Assembly: GCF_018977255.1 (NCBI RefSeq)
Contig: NW_024704743.1
Span: 50,656,001-50,720,000, forward strand
Length of the DNA stretch: 64,000 bases
Source: Callorhinchus milii
Taxonomy: Eukaryota
Direction: 5' to 3'
Of this stretch, positions 63,151 through 64,000 are shown one piece after another. Below the pieces are notes generated by a model. It saw nothing but the letters and a program-made list of their open reading frames with translations, searched no databases and was not told where the DNA came from. The position numbers and the translations under genes are program-made. The first letter of the stretch is position 1, and the number at the start of each line of letters is the position of its first letter.

Positions 63151-63475
63151 CTTCAGATGAGACATTAAACTGAGGTCCCATCTGCCTATTCAGCTGGATG
63201 TTAAAGATCCTATGGGACTATTCAAAAAGAGAAGGGAGTTTCTCCTGATGTTTGAGCCAATAATATCCCAACATAAAATCCTTGCATTTGATATAGTGGC
63301 TTATTGCATTGTTGAGTAAATTGACTGTGTATTTTGTTAGCAAAATGTGGCACCCAAGTGTGCACAGTAGTGTCCCACAAACAGTCATGGATTGAGTGAC
63401 CACATTTTTTTTGAGGGATTATTAGCCCTGGAAAGCAATCTGCCAATGAACTAACAGCTGAGTTCCTACCCACTG
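63150..63475. mobile_element. Deu-SINE body (+, 63150-63270) abutting a family A SINE (-, 63272-63475)
   Basis: Diagnostic motifs as in the other copies. Confidence 0.78.
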
Positions 63476-64000
63476 CTTGATAAATACGTGAACATTTCCA
63501 CCATCTTCCTGCCCACAGTTCAGACCCGCATCCCAACTCATTGAATGATGGTTCCACCAGTTGGAGGTACAGAGCTTAAGCAGCAGCTGCTTAACTCTCT
63601 GCAAGCCAATCAAGGTGAATTCCAAGCCCTGGATATATGAATACATGTTCACAAGCCCATACTGTGGATAATGCCTTCCAGACATTATATATATATACAC
63701 TTTAATACAATTGAAGCATTATTAAAGGTTTGCTTCTATCAGGTGCAAAGCCCTATCTAGTGTTTCATTTTACTTCACTAAGTTCTGAGATTTGAGATGG
63801 TGGTTCTATAGAAATATGCGGTTTTGCCGGAATTCATAAAATTTTAACTTTCTCCCACTGCACTGCACACAAAGGCATCTCACATACCTTATCAGGGAAC
63901 AGTGGATAAAACCAGAATTTATCCTTAATGAGAGGACCTCATGCATTTTTCACAACTTCCTTGAGAAATGAATAAAGGCATATCTGGCTGCCAAAGCCTA

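Overview
Eukaryotic (vertebrate) genomic DNA, mostly non-coding and rich in repeats. The repeat complement (L2 and CR1 LINE relics, Deu-domain and tRNA-Ala-headed SINEs) is typical of a cartilaginous fish; that assignment is an inference. The only supportable protein-coding signal is the 5' end of an unidentified minus-strand gene. It has two short exons (6097-6002 and 5051-4967) encoding a signal-peptide-like N-terminus, set in a GC/CpG-rich, microsatellite-packed promoter region (~4.5-9.4 kb). The remaining ~55 kb looks like upstream intergenic DNA: nested LINE/SINE fossils plus a few repeat-free islands. Nearly all ORFs in the track are repeat artefacts or decayed reverse-transcriptase pieces. 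I found no prokaryotic-type system and nothing I can honestly call a new biological system. The most unusual signals are: (1) an 18-unit intronic minisatellite that reads as an array of decoy 3' splice sites; (2) three locally templated duplications (a ~310 bp inverted copy at an L2 5' end, a ~93 bp direct copy, a ~120 bp fold-back hairpin); (3) an interspersed ~0.55 kb repeat family I cannot assign; (4) a SINE/L2 pair sharing a 3' stem-loop. Repeat boundaries are by eye and approximate.
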